In this document: positions 1-12,985 of the stretch, piece by piece
How positions within the stretch are numbered: position 1 is the first letter of the stretch
Layout: every line of letters begins with the position of its first letter
Assembly (NCBI GenBank): GCA_963575745.1
Contig: CAUYUJ010000114.1
Location: 744,001 to 808,000, forward strand
Length of the DNA: 64,000 nt
DNA from: Prorocentrum cordatum
Lineage: Eukaryota
Direction: 5' to 3'
Position numbers and translations under genes: made by a program
The notes under the pieces: generated by a model
The model's input: the letters and a program-made list of their open reading frames with translations, nothing else
Database searches by the model: none
What the model was told of the DNA's origin: nothing

Positions 1-1948
1 CGCAGTGGCATGGACGAGCGGCCGCCAGCTGTCACATCAACGGCAATCCAGCGCCAGCCACGACACCCCCAACGCGCAGCTTGGCCGAACTGCGGGGCCA
101 GCTGGGCGGGGAGGGGCGCGCTCGAGCGGCATCGGCCCTGGCGCGCTGCAACCGATTGCCGCGGAAGCGCATTTACAACCTCCTCACCGCGTTCGACATT
201 CTTCGCAGCAGGCTAGTCAACTTACGATCGGCTACGAGGGGCAAGTGGCCCTTTGCTGCGCGCGGCGGGCGCGGCGACTGCACGACTCGCCATGACTTTG
301 CAGCGCTGCGACGAGGCCTGCCCCGCGCACGCGCAGCAGCTGCCGCGCATGGCTGGCCGGCTGCGACGACGGCTTCGGCGCGTGATCGACTCTCTGGGCA
401 ATCTCACCACGGCCGTTCGCTCGACCCATCGCCGCGCGTTTCTCGGGGGCGCGCCCGCGCGAGATGCGGCTCAGATCGCTTATCTTATTACGGCCGGATC
501 GAGCCGGGTCGGCGCGGGCCCGGGCGCCCTGGGGGCGGCGCCGAGCCCGCCCGAGGCAGCGGCCGCCGCCGACGCTGGCGCGGCGCCCTCGAGGCAGGCG
601 TCGCAGCAGGTGTCGCCTCGGGAACCGATTAGACAGCCATCAGCTCCTTCGGCGGAGAGATTGCCGCCGACCATTCCGAGCCACGCGACGCGCCAGTGGA
701 ACATAGCGGCGCGTTTTTTTTTTCGGCTTGCGAACGCGCCGACTACGACGGGGCAGCTTCAGCAGCCGCATGCCCGCGCGCTGCGCCCGGATGGCCATTC
801 AACGCGAAGGCAGAGGTAGCCGCGCTTCCTGGCCGAATTGCCCGAGAACGACCGCTGGGAGACCTCTGCCAGCTTCGGGAGTGGTCGGGGCTAGGGGGCG
901 CAGAAGTTCAGGGGCAGTGGCGCGGGCCCAGGCCGCCGCGGCAATCCACTGGATCCCGACGGGGCACGTCTCGACTGCCGCGAGTGTGACTCCGCCGAGC
1001 ACCTCGTGCGCGACTGCCCCTGGCGCCGCCGGCGAGGGCGCGCCCTCTTCCTCGGCGCCCCAGCTTCGACGTCACCGCCACAACCTCACCGCCCTTGCAC
1101 TTGGGACATCAGGGAGCGCCTGGGCCAGGAGCTCAGCAACCCGCGCCAGGCGCATGCTCGGTTGGGGCGACTGAGGATGCGCCCGGGATTCCCCAGTCCG
1201 TGAATCGAGGCCCCGGCGGACCGCGGAGGTGATCCAATGGAGAGGGCCGACCTTTGGAACGGTGGGCGGGCCGCTCCAGCGGCGGCAGCGCCGCGGCCGC
1301 CCACGGCGGCGCCAGGTGCGTCGCCCCGCGGCTCGTTGTCAGCAGCATGCTGCAGCCGTTGGTCGAACTGGGCCGATGTCGACTGCACGACTCGCCATGA
1401 CTTTGCAGCGCTGCGACGAGGCCTACCCCGCGCACGCGCAGCAGCTGCCGCACATAGCTGGCCGGCTGCGACGACGGCTCCGGCGCGTGATCGACTCTCT
1501 AGGCAATCTCACCACGGCCGTTCGCTCGACCCATCGCCGCGCGTTTTTCGGGGGCGCGCCCGCGCAAGATGCGGCTCAGAGCGCTTATGTTATTACGGCC
1601 GGATCGAGCCCGGTCGGCGCGGGCCCGGGCGCCCTGGGGGCGGCGCCGAGCCCGCCCGAGGCAGCGGCCGCCGCCGACGCTGGCGCGGCGCCCTCGAGGC
1701 AGGCGTCGCAGCAGGTGTCGCCTCGGGAACCGATTAGAAGCCATCAGCTCCTTCGGCGGAGAGATTGCCGCCGACCATTCCGAGCCACGCGACGCGCCAG
1801 TGGAACATAGCGGCACGTTTTTACTTAACAGCGAAGACTGATAGGTTTCTAGTAGTCTTAAAAGAGAGCAGCAGATGACTCCACAGGGGGGTCTGGGCGG
1901 GTGCCGGACAGGGTGCCGCAGAAGTCGCTTTAAGCAAACAGTCACACC

Positions 1949-2164
1949 CTTCGTGCTCTTCGACCTCCCAGAACTCCATTCCCGGGCCACATTTTGAATG
2001 CCCGGAGCCAACTGTAGGCCACTTCGTGCTCTTCGAGTTCCCAGAACTCCATTCCCGGGCCACATTTTGAATGCCCGGAGCCAACTGTAGGCCACTTCGT
2101 GCTCTTCGAGTTCCCAGAACTCCATTCCCGGGCCACATTTTGAATGCCCGTAGCCAACTGTAGG
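1949..2164. repeat. 73-bp tandem repeat x3
   Basis: cttcgtgctcttcg starts at 1949, 2022 and 2095. Confidence 0.95.
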
Positions 2165-2168
2165 GAAT

Positions 2169-2500
2169 GCTGAGGCAGGCTGAGGCTGAGGCGAGGCAGG
2201 CTGCTGGGCTGAGGCAGGCTGAGGCTGAGGCCGAGGCTGAAGGCAGACTGAGGCTGAGGCTGAAGCAGACTGAGGCCGAGGCTGAGGCAGGCTGAGGCTG
2301 AGGCTGAGGCAGGCTGATGCTGAGGCAGGCTGAGGCTGAGGCTGAGGCTGAGGCAGGCTGAGGCTGAGGCAGGCTGAGGCTGAGGCCGAGGCTGAAGGCA
2401 GACTGAGGCTGAGGCTGAAGCAGGCTGAGGCTGAGGCTGAGGCAGGCTGAGGCTGAGGCAGGCTGAGGCTGAGGCTGAGGCAGGCTGAGGCTGAGGCTGT
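2169..2500. repeat. (GCTGAG/GCAG)n simple repeat
   Basis: Direct reading. Confidence 0.95.
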
Positions 2501-3880
2501 GACTGCGACTGCCGTTGCCGCTGCGACTGTCATCGCGAATGCGACTACGACTGCGAGAACAGCAGAATTCTACAACTGGATTTTCATCTGAATCTTAAGG
2601 GGAATGCTTTCAGATATGCTTCTACACATCGCTGTTAGGTTGCTTTGCCGGGATATTTTTGTTCGGCTTGCGAACGCGCCGACTACGACGGGGCAGCTTC
2701 AGCAGCCGCATGCCCGCGCGCTGCGCCCGGATGGCCATTCGACGCGAAGGCAGAGGTCGCCGCGCTTCCTGGCCGAATTGCCCGAGAACGACCGCTGGGA
2801 GACCTCTGCCAGCTTCGGGAGTGGCCGGGGCTAGGGGGCGCAGAAGTTCAGGGCCAGTGGCGCGGGCCCAGGCCGCCGCGGCAATCCACTGGGCCCTGAC
2901 GGGGCACGTCTCGACTGCCGCGAGTGCGACTCCGCCGAGCACTTCGTGCGCGACTGCCCCTGGCGCCGCCAGCGAGGGCGCGCCCTCTTCCTCGGCGCCC
3001 CAGCTTCGACGTCACCGCCACAACCTCACCGCCCTTGCACTTGGGACATCAGGGAGCGCCTGGGCCAGCAGCTCAGCAACCCGCGCCAGGCGCATGCTCG
3101 GTTGGGGCGACTGAGGATGCGTCCGGGATTCCCCAGTCCGTGAATCGAGGCCCCGGCGGACCGCGGAGGTGATCCAATGGAGAGGGCCGACCCGTGGAAA
3201 GGTGGGCGGGCCGCTCCAGCGGCGGCAGCGCCGCGGCCGCCCACGGCGGCGCCAGGTGCGTCGCCCCGCGGCTCGTTGTCAGCAGCATGCTGCAGCCGTT
3301 GGTCGAGCTGGGCAGGGGCCCAATCCTCTTCGGCCCCTCTAGCCGCACGAGGCCGAGCTGCGACGCCTGCGTCGAAAGATGGCCGAGCTCATGGGCCACG
3401 CGCAGCGGGGCTCCGCTCGACTTGCGCGCCCGACAGCTGCGCCGCCCCGGTGCCGGCCCGCGCGGCAGGGGCGGGGCGCGCAGAACGTGCAGCCGCACCT
3501 GCGGCGCCAACGGGCCCGGCAGCATCACCGGCACTGCCGCGACCGACATCGCCGCGGCGTAGCGCGCGCGGAGCATTCCCATCGGAGCAGGCCCAAGTGC
3601 GCGATTTGGTAGGCGACGTCAACGCACGAGTCTCCGCGCCCCCGGCTCCACTCGCCGAGGTGCAATTGCAGAGCTGGGCATGCGCGCCACCAGTCTCAGC
3701 CTTCGGCATCAACGGACCATCTGTATATACATACACGGATCAAGCCCCACGTGGCCACCGCGATCCGCGCCGGCAGCAGCGTCGCTGCCAGCGACGGACA
3801 ATCCCCGCAATCTGGCCCCCATCCACGTGAGCCAGCCAATGGGGAGAGTGGCCCCGTGGTTCGCCGGCTGCGAGACTTGA

Positions 3881-4250
3881 TTGTCGAGCGGCGGCCGATC
3901 CGAACGGAGTGCGCGCGCTACCCTCGACAACGCGCAACGACGGCATCTCGACGAGCTCGACAACACGCAGCGACGACAGGACGAGCAGCGACGCCAGGCC
4001 TCACAGAGACGGAGAAACGTTTCTGCACATTCTCCAGTCCTGTTTGCCGCCGCAACCGCAGCCGCTGCGCCTTTTCACGTTGTATTCGACGGCGACGGCG
4101 CAGGGTGTCTCACTTGTCCCGAGGCTTTCGTAGACGGAGACAGGGTGGTGCGCCTGCAATGCTGCCGCATCTTGCACCAGGCGTGCCACTTGCAGCTAAT
4201 GCAGAGAGCCGGCGCCCACTCGGCACGCTTGTCTCACATGCCTGGTGCCC
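3881..4250 (+). pseudogene. Degenerate RING-H2-like coding fragment
   Basis: CLTCPEAFVDGDRVVRLQCCRILHQAC resembles RING-H2 Cx2C...RLxCxHxFHxxC, with ligands lost; preceded by a coiled-coil-like stretch. Confidence 0.4.
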
Positions 4251-4524
4251 TCCTGAGAGGGCAGGCGGCCTGCCTTATGCGCGTCGTGCTCTCCTGGGAG
4301 AGCAGGTGGCCTTGTCTCACACGCTTGGCGGCTCCGCGGGAGCTGGTGGGGCCGATGCAGGAGGTTGGGGATTGCCCGTCGGGCCTCTGGTGCTGGGGGC
4401 TCGTGGGTTCTTCGTCGCTGGTGCTATGCTGTTCAAGTTTGAAGGCCAGCTCGTGGGTTCCTGCGTCGCTGCTGCTATGATGTTCAGGGTCGAAGCCCAA
4501 TTGCACCTGCAGGTTGTTTATTTC

Positions 4525-4918
4525 TGGTGCCGCTGAGCGCCGTCTGGCGCCGCCGAGTTCTGCAGTTTCGCACCGCTGAGTGCATTTCTGGCGCCGCTGG
4601 GCGCCCTCCTCGCACCGCTGAGTGCCTTTTCTGGCGCCGCTGAGCGCCCTTCTCGCACCGCAGAGTGAATTGCTGGTGCCACTGAGCGCCATTCTCGCAC
4701 CGCTGAGTGCATTTCTGGTGCCACTGAGCGCCATCCTCGCGCCGCTGAGTCCTTTTCCGGTGCCACTGAGCGCCTTTCTCGCACCGCTGGGCACGATTCT
4801 CGCACCGCTGAATGCATTTATGGTGCTGCTGCGCGCCATTCTCGCACCGCTCATTGCATTTCTGGTGCCGCTGAGCGCCATTCTTGCGCCGGTGAGTGCA
4901 TGCATGGCGCCGTTGAGT
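4525..4918. repeat. 21/42-bp minisatellite (gccgctgagcgccattctcgcaccgctgagtgcatttctggt)
   Basis: Direct reading. Confidence 0.9.
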
Positions 4919-4919
4919 T

Positions 4920-6030
4920 TCCATTTCGGCGTTCTGGGGCCCAGGCGCGCCCGTGCTCGCGGCATGGTCGCGACTTAGCGGTCCAAGGCGTCTGCGCCCC
5001 AAATCACGTTTTGTGCTCTTTTCAGCGTTGCTGCACCCAGGCGCACCCAGATTCGCATTCTGTGCGCCAATTAGCGTTCGTGGGCGTCCGCGCGCCCAAT
5101 TTGCACTCTGGGCTTTATTTCGTGTTCTGGTGCCCAGGCGCGCCCAGATTGACAATCTAAGCGCGAATTAGCGCTCTTGGGCGTTCGCGCGCCCAGAACT
5201 GACCCGCTCTGCTTCCTGCTGTCCAGGCTCACTCAGATTTGCAATCTGGGTGTGATTTTGGCTGCTCGGCGTCGGCGGGCCAGAATTGCATTTTGGGGTC
5301 AGTTCCGCGTTCTCGTGCCCAAGCGCAGCCAGATTCGCAATCTGAGCGCTACTTAGCGCTCTGGGGCGTCCGCGCGCGCAGAATTGCATTCTGCGTTTAT
5401 CTGCGTTCTGGTGCCCAGGCGCAGCCGCTTCGCAGTCTGCGCGCAAATTGGCGCTCCTGGGCGTCCGCGCGCCCAGAATTGCATTCTGATGTAATTTCCG
5501 CGTTCTGGTGTCCAAACGCAGCCAGATTCGCAGTCTGCGCGCGAATTGGCGCGCCAGGGCGTCTGCGCGCCCCAATCGCATGCTGTGCTCATTTCTGCGT
5601 TCTGGTGCCCAGGCGCGTTTTGATTCGCAGTCTGAGCGCGACTTAGCGCTCCTGGGCGTGCGCACGCCCAGAATCGCACTCTGGGCTCAAAGCCGCGAGA
5701 TCTGGCTCGCCTGGATTGGAATTTGAGCGCAAATTAGCGCTCCTCTACGTCCGCGCGCCCAGGATTGCATTCTGCGCCCATTTCTGCGTTCTGGTGCCCA
5801 GGCGCGCCCAGATTCGCAATCTGAGCGCGAATTAGCGCTCTGTGGCGTCCGCGCGCCTAGAATTGCAGTCTGAGCCCATTCCTGCGTTCTGGTACCCATG
5901 CGCGCCCAGACTCGCCATCTGAGTGCGAATTGGCGCTCCTGGGCGTCCGCGCGCCCCGAATTGCATTGGGGCTTGTTTCTGCGTTCTGGAGCCCAGGCGC
6001 TGCCAGATTCGCAATCTGAGCGCAAGGTGC
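4920..6030. repeat. ~97-bp satellite, about 11 diverged units
   Basis: ctgcgttctgg recurs, e.g. at 5401, 5784, 5882, 5979. Confidence 0.9.
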
Positions 6031-6994
6031 GACCATGGCGCCCCTGCGCCCAGCATTGCTGAGTGTTGCTTGCGTTGTTCTGTCCGCGGGTGCCCCGCGC
6101 GGGGCGCGCGTCTGCGCGGCCGCGCGTCCTCGGGATGGCGCCCTTCGGGGGCAACGAGAGGGGGGGGGGATGGGCATAGGGGGGGATAGGCATAGGGGGG
6201 GGGTGTCGGGGGATAGGCGTAGGGGGGATAGGCATTGGGGGGATCGGCAAAGGGGGGGATAGATCAGGGATAGGCACAGGGGGGGATGCATCGACACCCA
6301 TCGCCCATGGATCGCCGATAAGGGGCCCGACGGCCCTGGCCTGCCCAAGAACTTGCGGATTCACCATCAGAGGCCCATCGCCGATCTATCGGCGATGTAT
6401 CGCCGATCCCAGGTCGATGTGTTCCCCCCTACCCCTGTTCCCCCCCCTTATCGTTGCCCCTCAGCCCTGGGATCCAGACCGCGAGGACGCGGATACGGAT
6501 ATCGAGGAAGAGAAGACGACAGAAGCGTAAACTTTGGCGCTCCGCGCGGGTTTCTTTGCATCCGCGCTGCCCCCCCCCCCCCCCCCGCGGGGCCTCGGGG
6601 TGTTCCAGGCCAGATCCAAGAAATCCGAGCGGAGCGCCAAATGTTTATGTCTATGCCGTTTTTTCTTCTTCTAGGATATGTTCGCCGTTCGTGAAGAACG
6701 CCAGATCCTGCAGGATCCTGCAGGGCCGAATGTGGGCTGAGCTGGGTGTGGGATCCGTTCACCGCCATGGCGGGGGCTTCGAATGTTTGTCGAGCCGGGT
6801 TTGGCAAGCCCCCCAAGCAGTTGCAGCCCAGTCTTCCAGAGTCGGTTGGGCCGTGTGTTTTGCTGAGCCGTGTCAGTCCACGCCCGCTGCTTGCGCACAT
6901 CCTTGATCGCGGGCGGGGGGCTTCCTCGCATCCGCGGCCGATCCCGGTGCCTCGACGATCCGACGTGGCCCGATGCTTGCATGGTGATGTCGTA

Positions 6995-7169
6995 CAGTCG
7001 GGGCGCTGAAGAAGGAACCCTTTTCGTTGGGGAGGGGCTCCGTGCTCCTTGAGTGTTTCACAGCTTGCCCTAGGTTTTCCTCAGGGTTTCGATGGGAAAT
7101 CGAACCTTCACTGATGGGAAAAGGGGCCTCGTTCCTTATTTGGGGTTCCTTAGGTCAACATCCCGACTG
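6995..7169 (+). mobile_element. MITE family B (TA TSD, CAGTCGGG termini; Tc1/mariner-pogo-like)
   Basis: TA|cagtcggggc...cccgactg|TA; six similar ~176-bp copies in the window. Confidence 0.88.
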
Positions 7170-7381
7170 TACATCCCGGCGCAGCCGATCCGATCCGATG
7201 CAGGTTCCGTGCCGATGCAGCCCGAGCCGACGCAAATGTCCATTCGATCCGATGTGCCGCCCGATTCGTTGCCGATCGATCTTGCCTCACGGTCTAAAGC
7301 GTTTGTGGAGAGTGCCGCGCCGCCGGGTTCTGGCCCGTGACGCCGCGTCGCGACACGCGAGCCACGTCCCGACTCCTGAGC

Positions 7382-7535
7382 TGAAGTCGGGCCTGTCCCT
7401 CTACAGAGGGGAGGGATCTTGAAAATTGGTGTTCAAAACAGGTCTGGGGACGAATGCTTGACTATTTTTGAGCACTTCTTGACAATATTCTTCACGTTCG
7501 TTCGTAATCCGCCTGTAGGAGGACTCTCGACCTAA
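7382..7535. mobile_element. MITE family A copy (intergenic)
   Basis: tgaagtcgggcctgtccctctacag...cctgtaggaggactctcgacctaa; TSD tcctgagc/tcctcagc. Confidence 0.8.
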
Positions 7536-7914
7536 TCCTCAGCGTCAGCGTCCCGAGCCTGTCCCAGCCTCCCGGAGCCCCGCGGAGCGGAGCGACACGC
7601 CATCAGCTCGCACGGCCGCACGGCATAGCGTGTGCAAACGTTCCCGACCGTAGTCCCATCCCTCCTCTTCAAGGGCCGCCACGAGGGCGCGACGTTATTC
7701 GCGGCTCGCGGTTCGCGATTCCTCATCCCCATGTTCCTCGTCCTCCCGGTCTCCCTTGGTTGGGGGAAGGGGGGCGGCGCGAGAACGCGAAGTTTTTCGC
7801 GCTTCGCGCAGCGCGAAGCGCGAACAGAGTTGCCCCCCTCTGAAGCCACGCTCGGCGGCATGGGAATCAGCCCAAACGTTGGCTGGACAGCACCGCCACG
7901 AGCCAGAACGAAGG

Positions 7915-8755
7915 GGAGGATTGGGAGGAAGGGGAGGAAGGGGAGGAGGAGGAGGAGGAGGAGGAGGAGGAGGAGGAGGAGGATGAGGAGGAGGAGAGGA
8001 GGGGAGGAGGGGGAGGGGGAGGAGGAGGGAAGCGGAGGAGGAGGCGGAGGAGGCGGAGGCGGAGGAGGAGGAATCGAGTGCGCCGAGGCTGCCACGGCGC
8101 CACCCGCCTCGGGGCAGCCTCCGTGCCGACGCAATGCGCCGCTCGCTCTGCGCCCTCCGACAGAAGGCCCCGGCGGAGCCCCGCCCCCGCGGCCGCCCCG
8201 CTCCACCGGGCGGCGCCCTCGCGGCCGCCCGCCCGCCCGCCCGCCGTCATGCAGTGCCCTAGCTGCGACTACACGGCGAGCTCCGGGGGGGGGGGCTTCT
8301 CCTCGGTCCTCCTTCGTCCCCCTCCTCCCCCTCCCTCTCCCTCGCCTCCTCCCGCCCTCCTCCCCTCCCCCTCCTTCCCTCCTCTTCCTTCCTCTCTCCT
8401 CCTCCTGCTCCTCCTCCTCCTCCTCCTCCTTTTTCCTCCTCCCCCTCCTCCTCCTCCTCCTCCTCCGCCTGGGGGCTGCTCCTCCTCCGTCCTCCCTCGT
8501 CATCCTTCTCACCCTCCCTCCCCCTCGTCCTCCTCCTGCCTCTCCTCCTCCTCCTCTTCCTCCTCCTCCTCCTCCTCCTCCCCTCCTCCTCCCCTGGGGG
8601 CTGCTCCTCCTCCTCCGTCCTCCCTCGTCCTCCTTCTCACCCTCCCTCTCCCTCGTCCTCCTCCTGCCTCTCCTCTTTCCCCCCCCCCTTCCCCTCCTCC
8701 TTCTCCTCCTCCTCCTCCTCCTCCTCCTCCTCCTCCTCCTCCTCCTCCTCCTCTT
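7915..8755. repeat. (GGA)n / (CCT)n low-complexity tracts
   Basis: Direct reading; similar tracts at 10755-12050, 14740-14985, 20090-20285, 22315-22725, 35455-37250, 38460-38750, 60200-60575. Confidence 0.95.
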
Positions 8756-8759
8756 GGGC

Positions 8760-10600
8760 TGGAGGTGGCTCTGCAGCGCGGCCCCGCCATCTGGGGAACG
8801 CCCGCCGAGCAGATGCACCCCCCGCGCCGCCCGCGCGGCGAGAGCCCGCTGCGAGGCGCCGCGAGAGCGCGCGCCTCGGCAGACGAGCTGGTGCAGCGGC
8901 TTCGGAGGGAAGCCGAGCAATGGAAGACAGCGGCGGAGCCATTGGTGCAGCAGGAAAGCGTGGAGCCGCGCGACACCGGCAGGACCCGCATCACCGGCTG
9001 GTGCAGCGGCTTCGGAAGGAAGGCGAGCAATTAGGGGAACAAAAAATTGCATCAACATAAAAACTCGGAGGTCCGCGCGGGTTTCTCGGGTCGGCGCTGG
9101 GGCTCCCCGGCGGCGCCTCCGGCGCCGCCCCTGGCGCGCTCCGCGCGCCAGGGAGGGGGGTCCAGCGCCGATCCGAGAAATCCGCGCGGACCCCCGTGTT
9201 ACTATGTTTATGACACTTCTTGTTCCCCTAAAAATGGAAGACAACAGCGGAGCTATTGATACAGCAGGAAAACATGGAGCCGCCCGACATCGGCAGGACC
9301 AACATCATCAGCTACAGCGCTGAGACGGGTGGCAACCTCTTGTAGTGGCAGCTTCAGGAGGCAAGACAGCAGCGTCAGCCACAGCGCTGGGAGTGGTGGC
9401 GATCCCTACAGTGGCAGTTTCCAGAGGCCAGACGTCATCAGCCACAGCGCTGGGAATGGCGGCAACCTCTGCAGCGGCAACTTCAAGAGGCATGGGCAGT
9501 GGGAGTCGTGCGAGCTGCCGGGGCAGAGGCAGCAGGTGGCAGAGGCGAAGAAGGAGCCCGACGTCATCGGTTGCCGAGGCGTGCCTGCCGAAAGCGCGTG
9601 CGAGAAGGCAGTGCAGAGTGAGCAGGAGACGGAGGCGCCGCTGAAGCCCGATCCCACCGGTTGCCGAGTAACTTCCGACCGGTGCGTGCGTGCGAGCAAG
9701 GCAGTGGCAGCAGGAGGGAGAGGCGAAGCTGCAGCCCGACTGCACCAGCTGCCAGGGGTGCACCTGCCGATGGAGCGCGCGAGAAAGCGGGGCCGTGGCA
9801 GCAGGAGGCAGAGGCGAAGAAAGAGCTAGACGCCATCCGCCGCCTCGGTGCCCCCTTGCGGACGGCGTGTGCGAGGAGGCAGGGCAGCGGCAGCAGGGGG
9901 GCAGAGGCGAAGGCAGAACCCGACGCCACTACTTCTCGAGGGGAGCTTGCGGACGGCGTGCGCAAAAAGGCAGGGCAAGGGGAGGCAGGAGGCGAAGACG
10001 GAGCCGGATGTCGTCAGCTCTACCCTGTGCCCGACGGCGGCGCCGCGCGGGAAGGCAGGGCAGTGGCCGCAGCAGTCGGCCTTCGGGCGGAGCCGTGAGC
10101 CGTGCGGCGCAGAGCGAGGAGCGAGGAGGAGGCGCAGAGGAAGCCCGGCGTCGACGAGGGCTCCGCTGCCGTGCTCGAGGGGTGTGGGGCGTCCGAGGGG
10201 TTATCGGCGAGAGCGGCTTCGACGTCGAGGAGCTCCTCGTCAGGGTGTGCACCGCCGAGGGCGGCGTGGGCGTGGGCGTGGGCGCGGACGTGGCCGGCGC
10301 GGTCCGAGAGATGGAGGCAGACGACATGGACGTCACCGCCGTGCACGACTGCATGAGCTCCTACCGCTTCGGGGGGGCGTTCCGCGTGGAGGGCGCAACA
10401 CGTTTCCGTGTGGAGCAGTGTGCGAAGTCTGTGACGTCCAGGCACATCTGCGAGGAGGACCTGTCGGGTGACGAGCTGCTCGGCCAGGGAGGCGACTGCA
10501 TCTCCCCGCCCAGCATCGCGTACAGCTGCCGCTGCGAGGAGGGTTTGTCCAACGATTGGCCAGGCAGGAGACTGCAGCTTCCTGCCCGCGCCGCCGCCGC
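8760..10600 (+). pseudogene. Decayed repeat/coiled-coil coding sequence interrupted by a MITE
   Basis: Recurrent units encoding CEKAGQWQQEAEAKKEPD-like peptides in shifting frames (9500-10100); MITE inserted in one repeat unit at 9032-9230. Confidence 0.3.
9032..9230. mobile_element. MITE family I (relatives at about 6505-6672 and 54185-54375)
   Basis: taggggaacaa / ttgttccccta TIR, internal ggtccgcgcgggtttct...agaaatccgcgcggacc inverted repeat; interrupts a gagcaatggaagaca repeat unit. Confidence 0.75.
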
Positions 10601-12985
10601 CCCGCACCCCTGACCCCACCCTGAGAGGGCCGTGCGCGCGGCGACGGGGCGGCGAAACTTTCCGACCACGTCGGTCGATGAATTGCTCTGGAATTGCTCC
10701 CCCTTAATGGGCTGAAGTTATGTTTAGGAAGCCTTCGAGGTCTGCCTGCCATGACCTCCTCCTCCTCCTCCTCCTCCTCCTCCTCCTCCTCCTCCTCCTC
10801 CTCCTCCTCCTCCCCTGGCAGGGGAGCTCCTTGTCATCCTCCCCCTCCTCTCCGCCCGAGGGGCCCTGAGAAGCTCGACGCGAGCGGGCCCGTGATGCCA
10901 CCCCCGGCCAGATGCCATGCCTTGTGCTTCGTGGTGACCAGGGGGCTCCGAGAAGAGCCACGCCCAGAGCCACAAACGAACATCCTGTTCTAAGGGGGAG
11001 GAGGAGGAGGAGGAGGAGGAGGAGGAGGAGGAGGAGGAAGAGGAGGAGGACGAGGAGGAGGAGGAGGAGGAGAGCGGGCCCGTGATTCCACCCTGGTCGA
11101 CACCCCCTCGGGGCGCCCGAGCGAGCGTGTACGAGCACGGGCGGTTCGGACTGCGAGTCGATATGGTTTGGGTGAGTCTGAGCATGGGCTCGTAGTTCAA
11201 GAATTCTTGATTTGGGTCGGAGTCATGAGTGTGCCTGCGGCCCAAGGGGCATGAGCATGTCACGGCTGGTATGGGTATGAGCGCACACGAGCGCGACCAG
11301 AAGTGAATCGGACTGAAGACAGACTGAGTGCGAGCCTGCGGAGTCGTGAGTCTCAATGTGCTTGAACGGAGCATGACTCAGGAGGAGGAGGAGGAGGAGG
11401 AGGAACAGGAGGAGGAGGAAGAGGAGGAAGAGGAGGAGGAGGAGGAGGAGGAGGAGGAGGAGTACGCGTGATCTGGGTGTGTCTGCCCCAGGATGGCCCC
11501 CCGAGGCCGCCAACGCGCGCCCAGCAGGAGAGTCCCCAGGAGGCCCCCAGGAGGCTCAAAAGAGGGCACGGAGAGGCATCCAAGAGACCCCAGGGGGGCA
11601 ACTGGGCTCCGAGAGACTTGAAAAGAGACCCCGGGTCCCAAGATGCCCGAAAGTGGTTGGTATGCCACCATCGCGGCGTGAGGAGAAGACACGAAAGCGG
11701 TCCCGGCACGTCCCAGAAGGACCCCGAGACGGCTCAAGAGAGTTCCTGTTATATATGGGAGGTGGTCCTCCTCCTCCTCCTCCTCCCCAGGAGGAGGAGG
11801 AGAGGAGGAGGAGGAGGAGGAGAGAGGGAGGGGGAGGAGGAGGGAGGAGGAGGAGGAGGAGGAGGAGGAGGAGGAGGAGGACGAGCTGTTTTTCTCCACA
11901 TGTGTGGCCGGTGCCCAGTGCGGAACGAAAGCCCCCCCGGGCTCGCTCGTCCCTCCTCCCTCCTCCTCCTCCCTCCTCCCTCCTCCCTCCCCTCCTCCCT
12001 CCTCCCTCCTCCCTCCTCCCTCCTCCTCCTCCCTCCTCCTCCTCCTCACCCTGGGGCTTTCGTGCTGGGCGCACCGCTGGTGCCCCTGCGCCTGCACTTC
12101 CGCACCTTCCGGCCTGGGTGGCTGGTGCGGAAGGTGCGGTCTGTTTGAGTGTGTCTTCGGATGTCTTCGGATGTCTTCGGCTGTCGGTGGGTGTCTTCGG
12201 CTGTCGGTGGATGTCGGTGGATGTCTTCGGCTGTCGGTTGATGTATTCTTTGTTGTTCGGTTGTATTTGATGCTGTTGGTCCATAGCTCAAAAAGGCTGG
12301 GGTGTATAGCTCACGGGGCTGATAAGGCTTGGACCCACACGGGTCCTATAGGACCCATGGGGTCGATGGACCCACAAGGCTCACAAGAGCTCATCGTGCC
12401 CATAGGGCCCACAAGGCTGATAAGGATACATCTTGAAGACCCTTGGGATCTATCGTGGACTCTTGGGGTCTATCTGGTCTTGCTATCGGTCAGTTTGGTC
12501 TATCGTGGACCCTCTTGGGGTCTATCGTGTCTCGTCGGCGGACGGGGCGGAAACCCTGCGTGTTTCCCTCCAGGTCGGCAGGTTGGGCGAAGCCTTGGAT
12601 CTCCAGCAATATATGTATATATATACACATATATGTGAATATATATATATATACACATATGTATATGGATATATGTATGTATAGGTTGACGTATCTGCAT
12701 TTGCAAGTGTACATGTACATGTGCCTGTATATGTATATGCGTATGTATCTGCAGATGCATATGTGTACGTGCATGTGTTTGCGCACGTGTATGTGCACTC
12801 AGACTCACTCACAAACAGAGAGCGTTTCCTCTTCCAACCCCTCTTCCCCCTCGGGGAACACTCACAATCAGACCCACTCGCGCTAAGACTCACCCACAAT
12901 CAGTCAGAGTGTTTCCTCTTCCAAGTTCCCCTTCTTCCCCTTCGGGGAGCACTCACATTCAAGGTCACAAGTTTTTTGATTGTGT

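Larger units (their letters stand above)
275..3311 (+). repeat. Local segmental duplications A-B-A'-x-B'
   Basis: 275-715 is near-identical to 1380-1820; 722-1372 is near-identical to 2661-3311. Confidence 0.9.

Noticed and set aside
1949..2164. Possible CRISPR-like array
   Set aside because: Contiguous 73-bp tandem units with no unique spacers, no cas genes, and a eukaryotic context.
4234..5155. Heptad-like repeat ORFs
   Set aside because: They result from a 21-bp minisatellite open in several frames on both strands.
7532..9323. Long ORFs of 563 and 570 aa
   Set aside because: They are produced by (GGA)/(CCT) microsatellites and GC-rich stop-poor sequence; no coherent protein.
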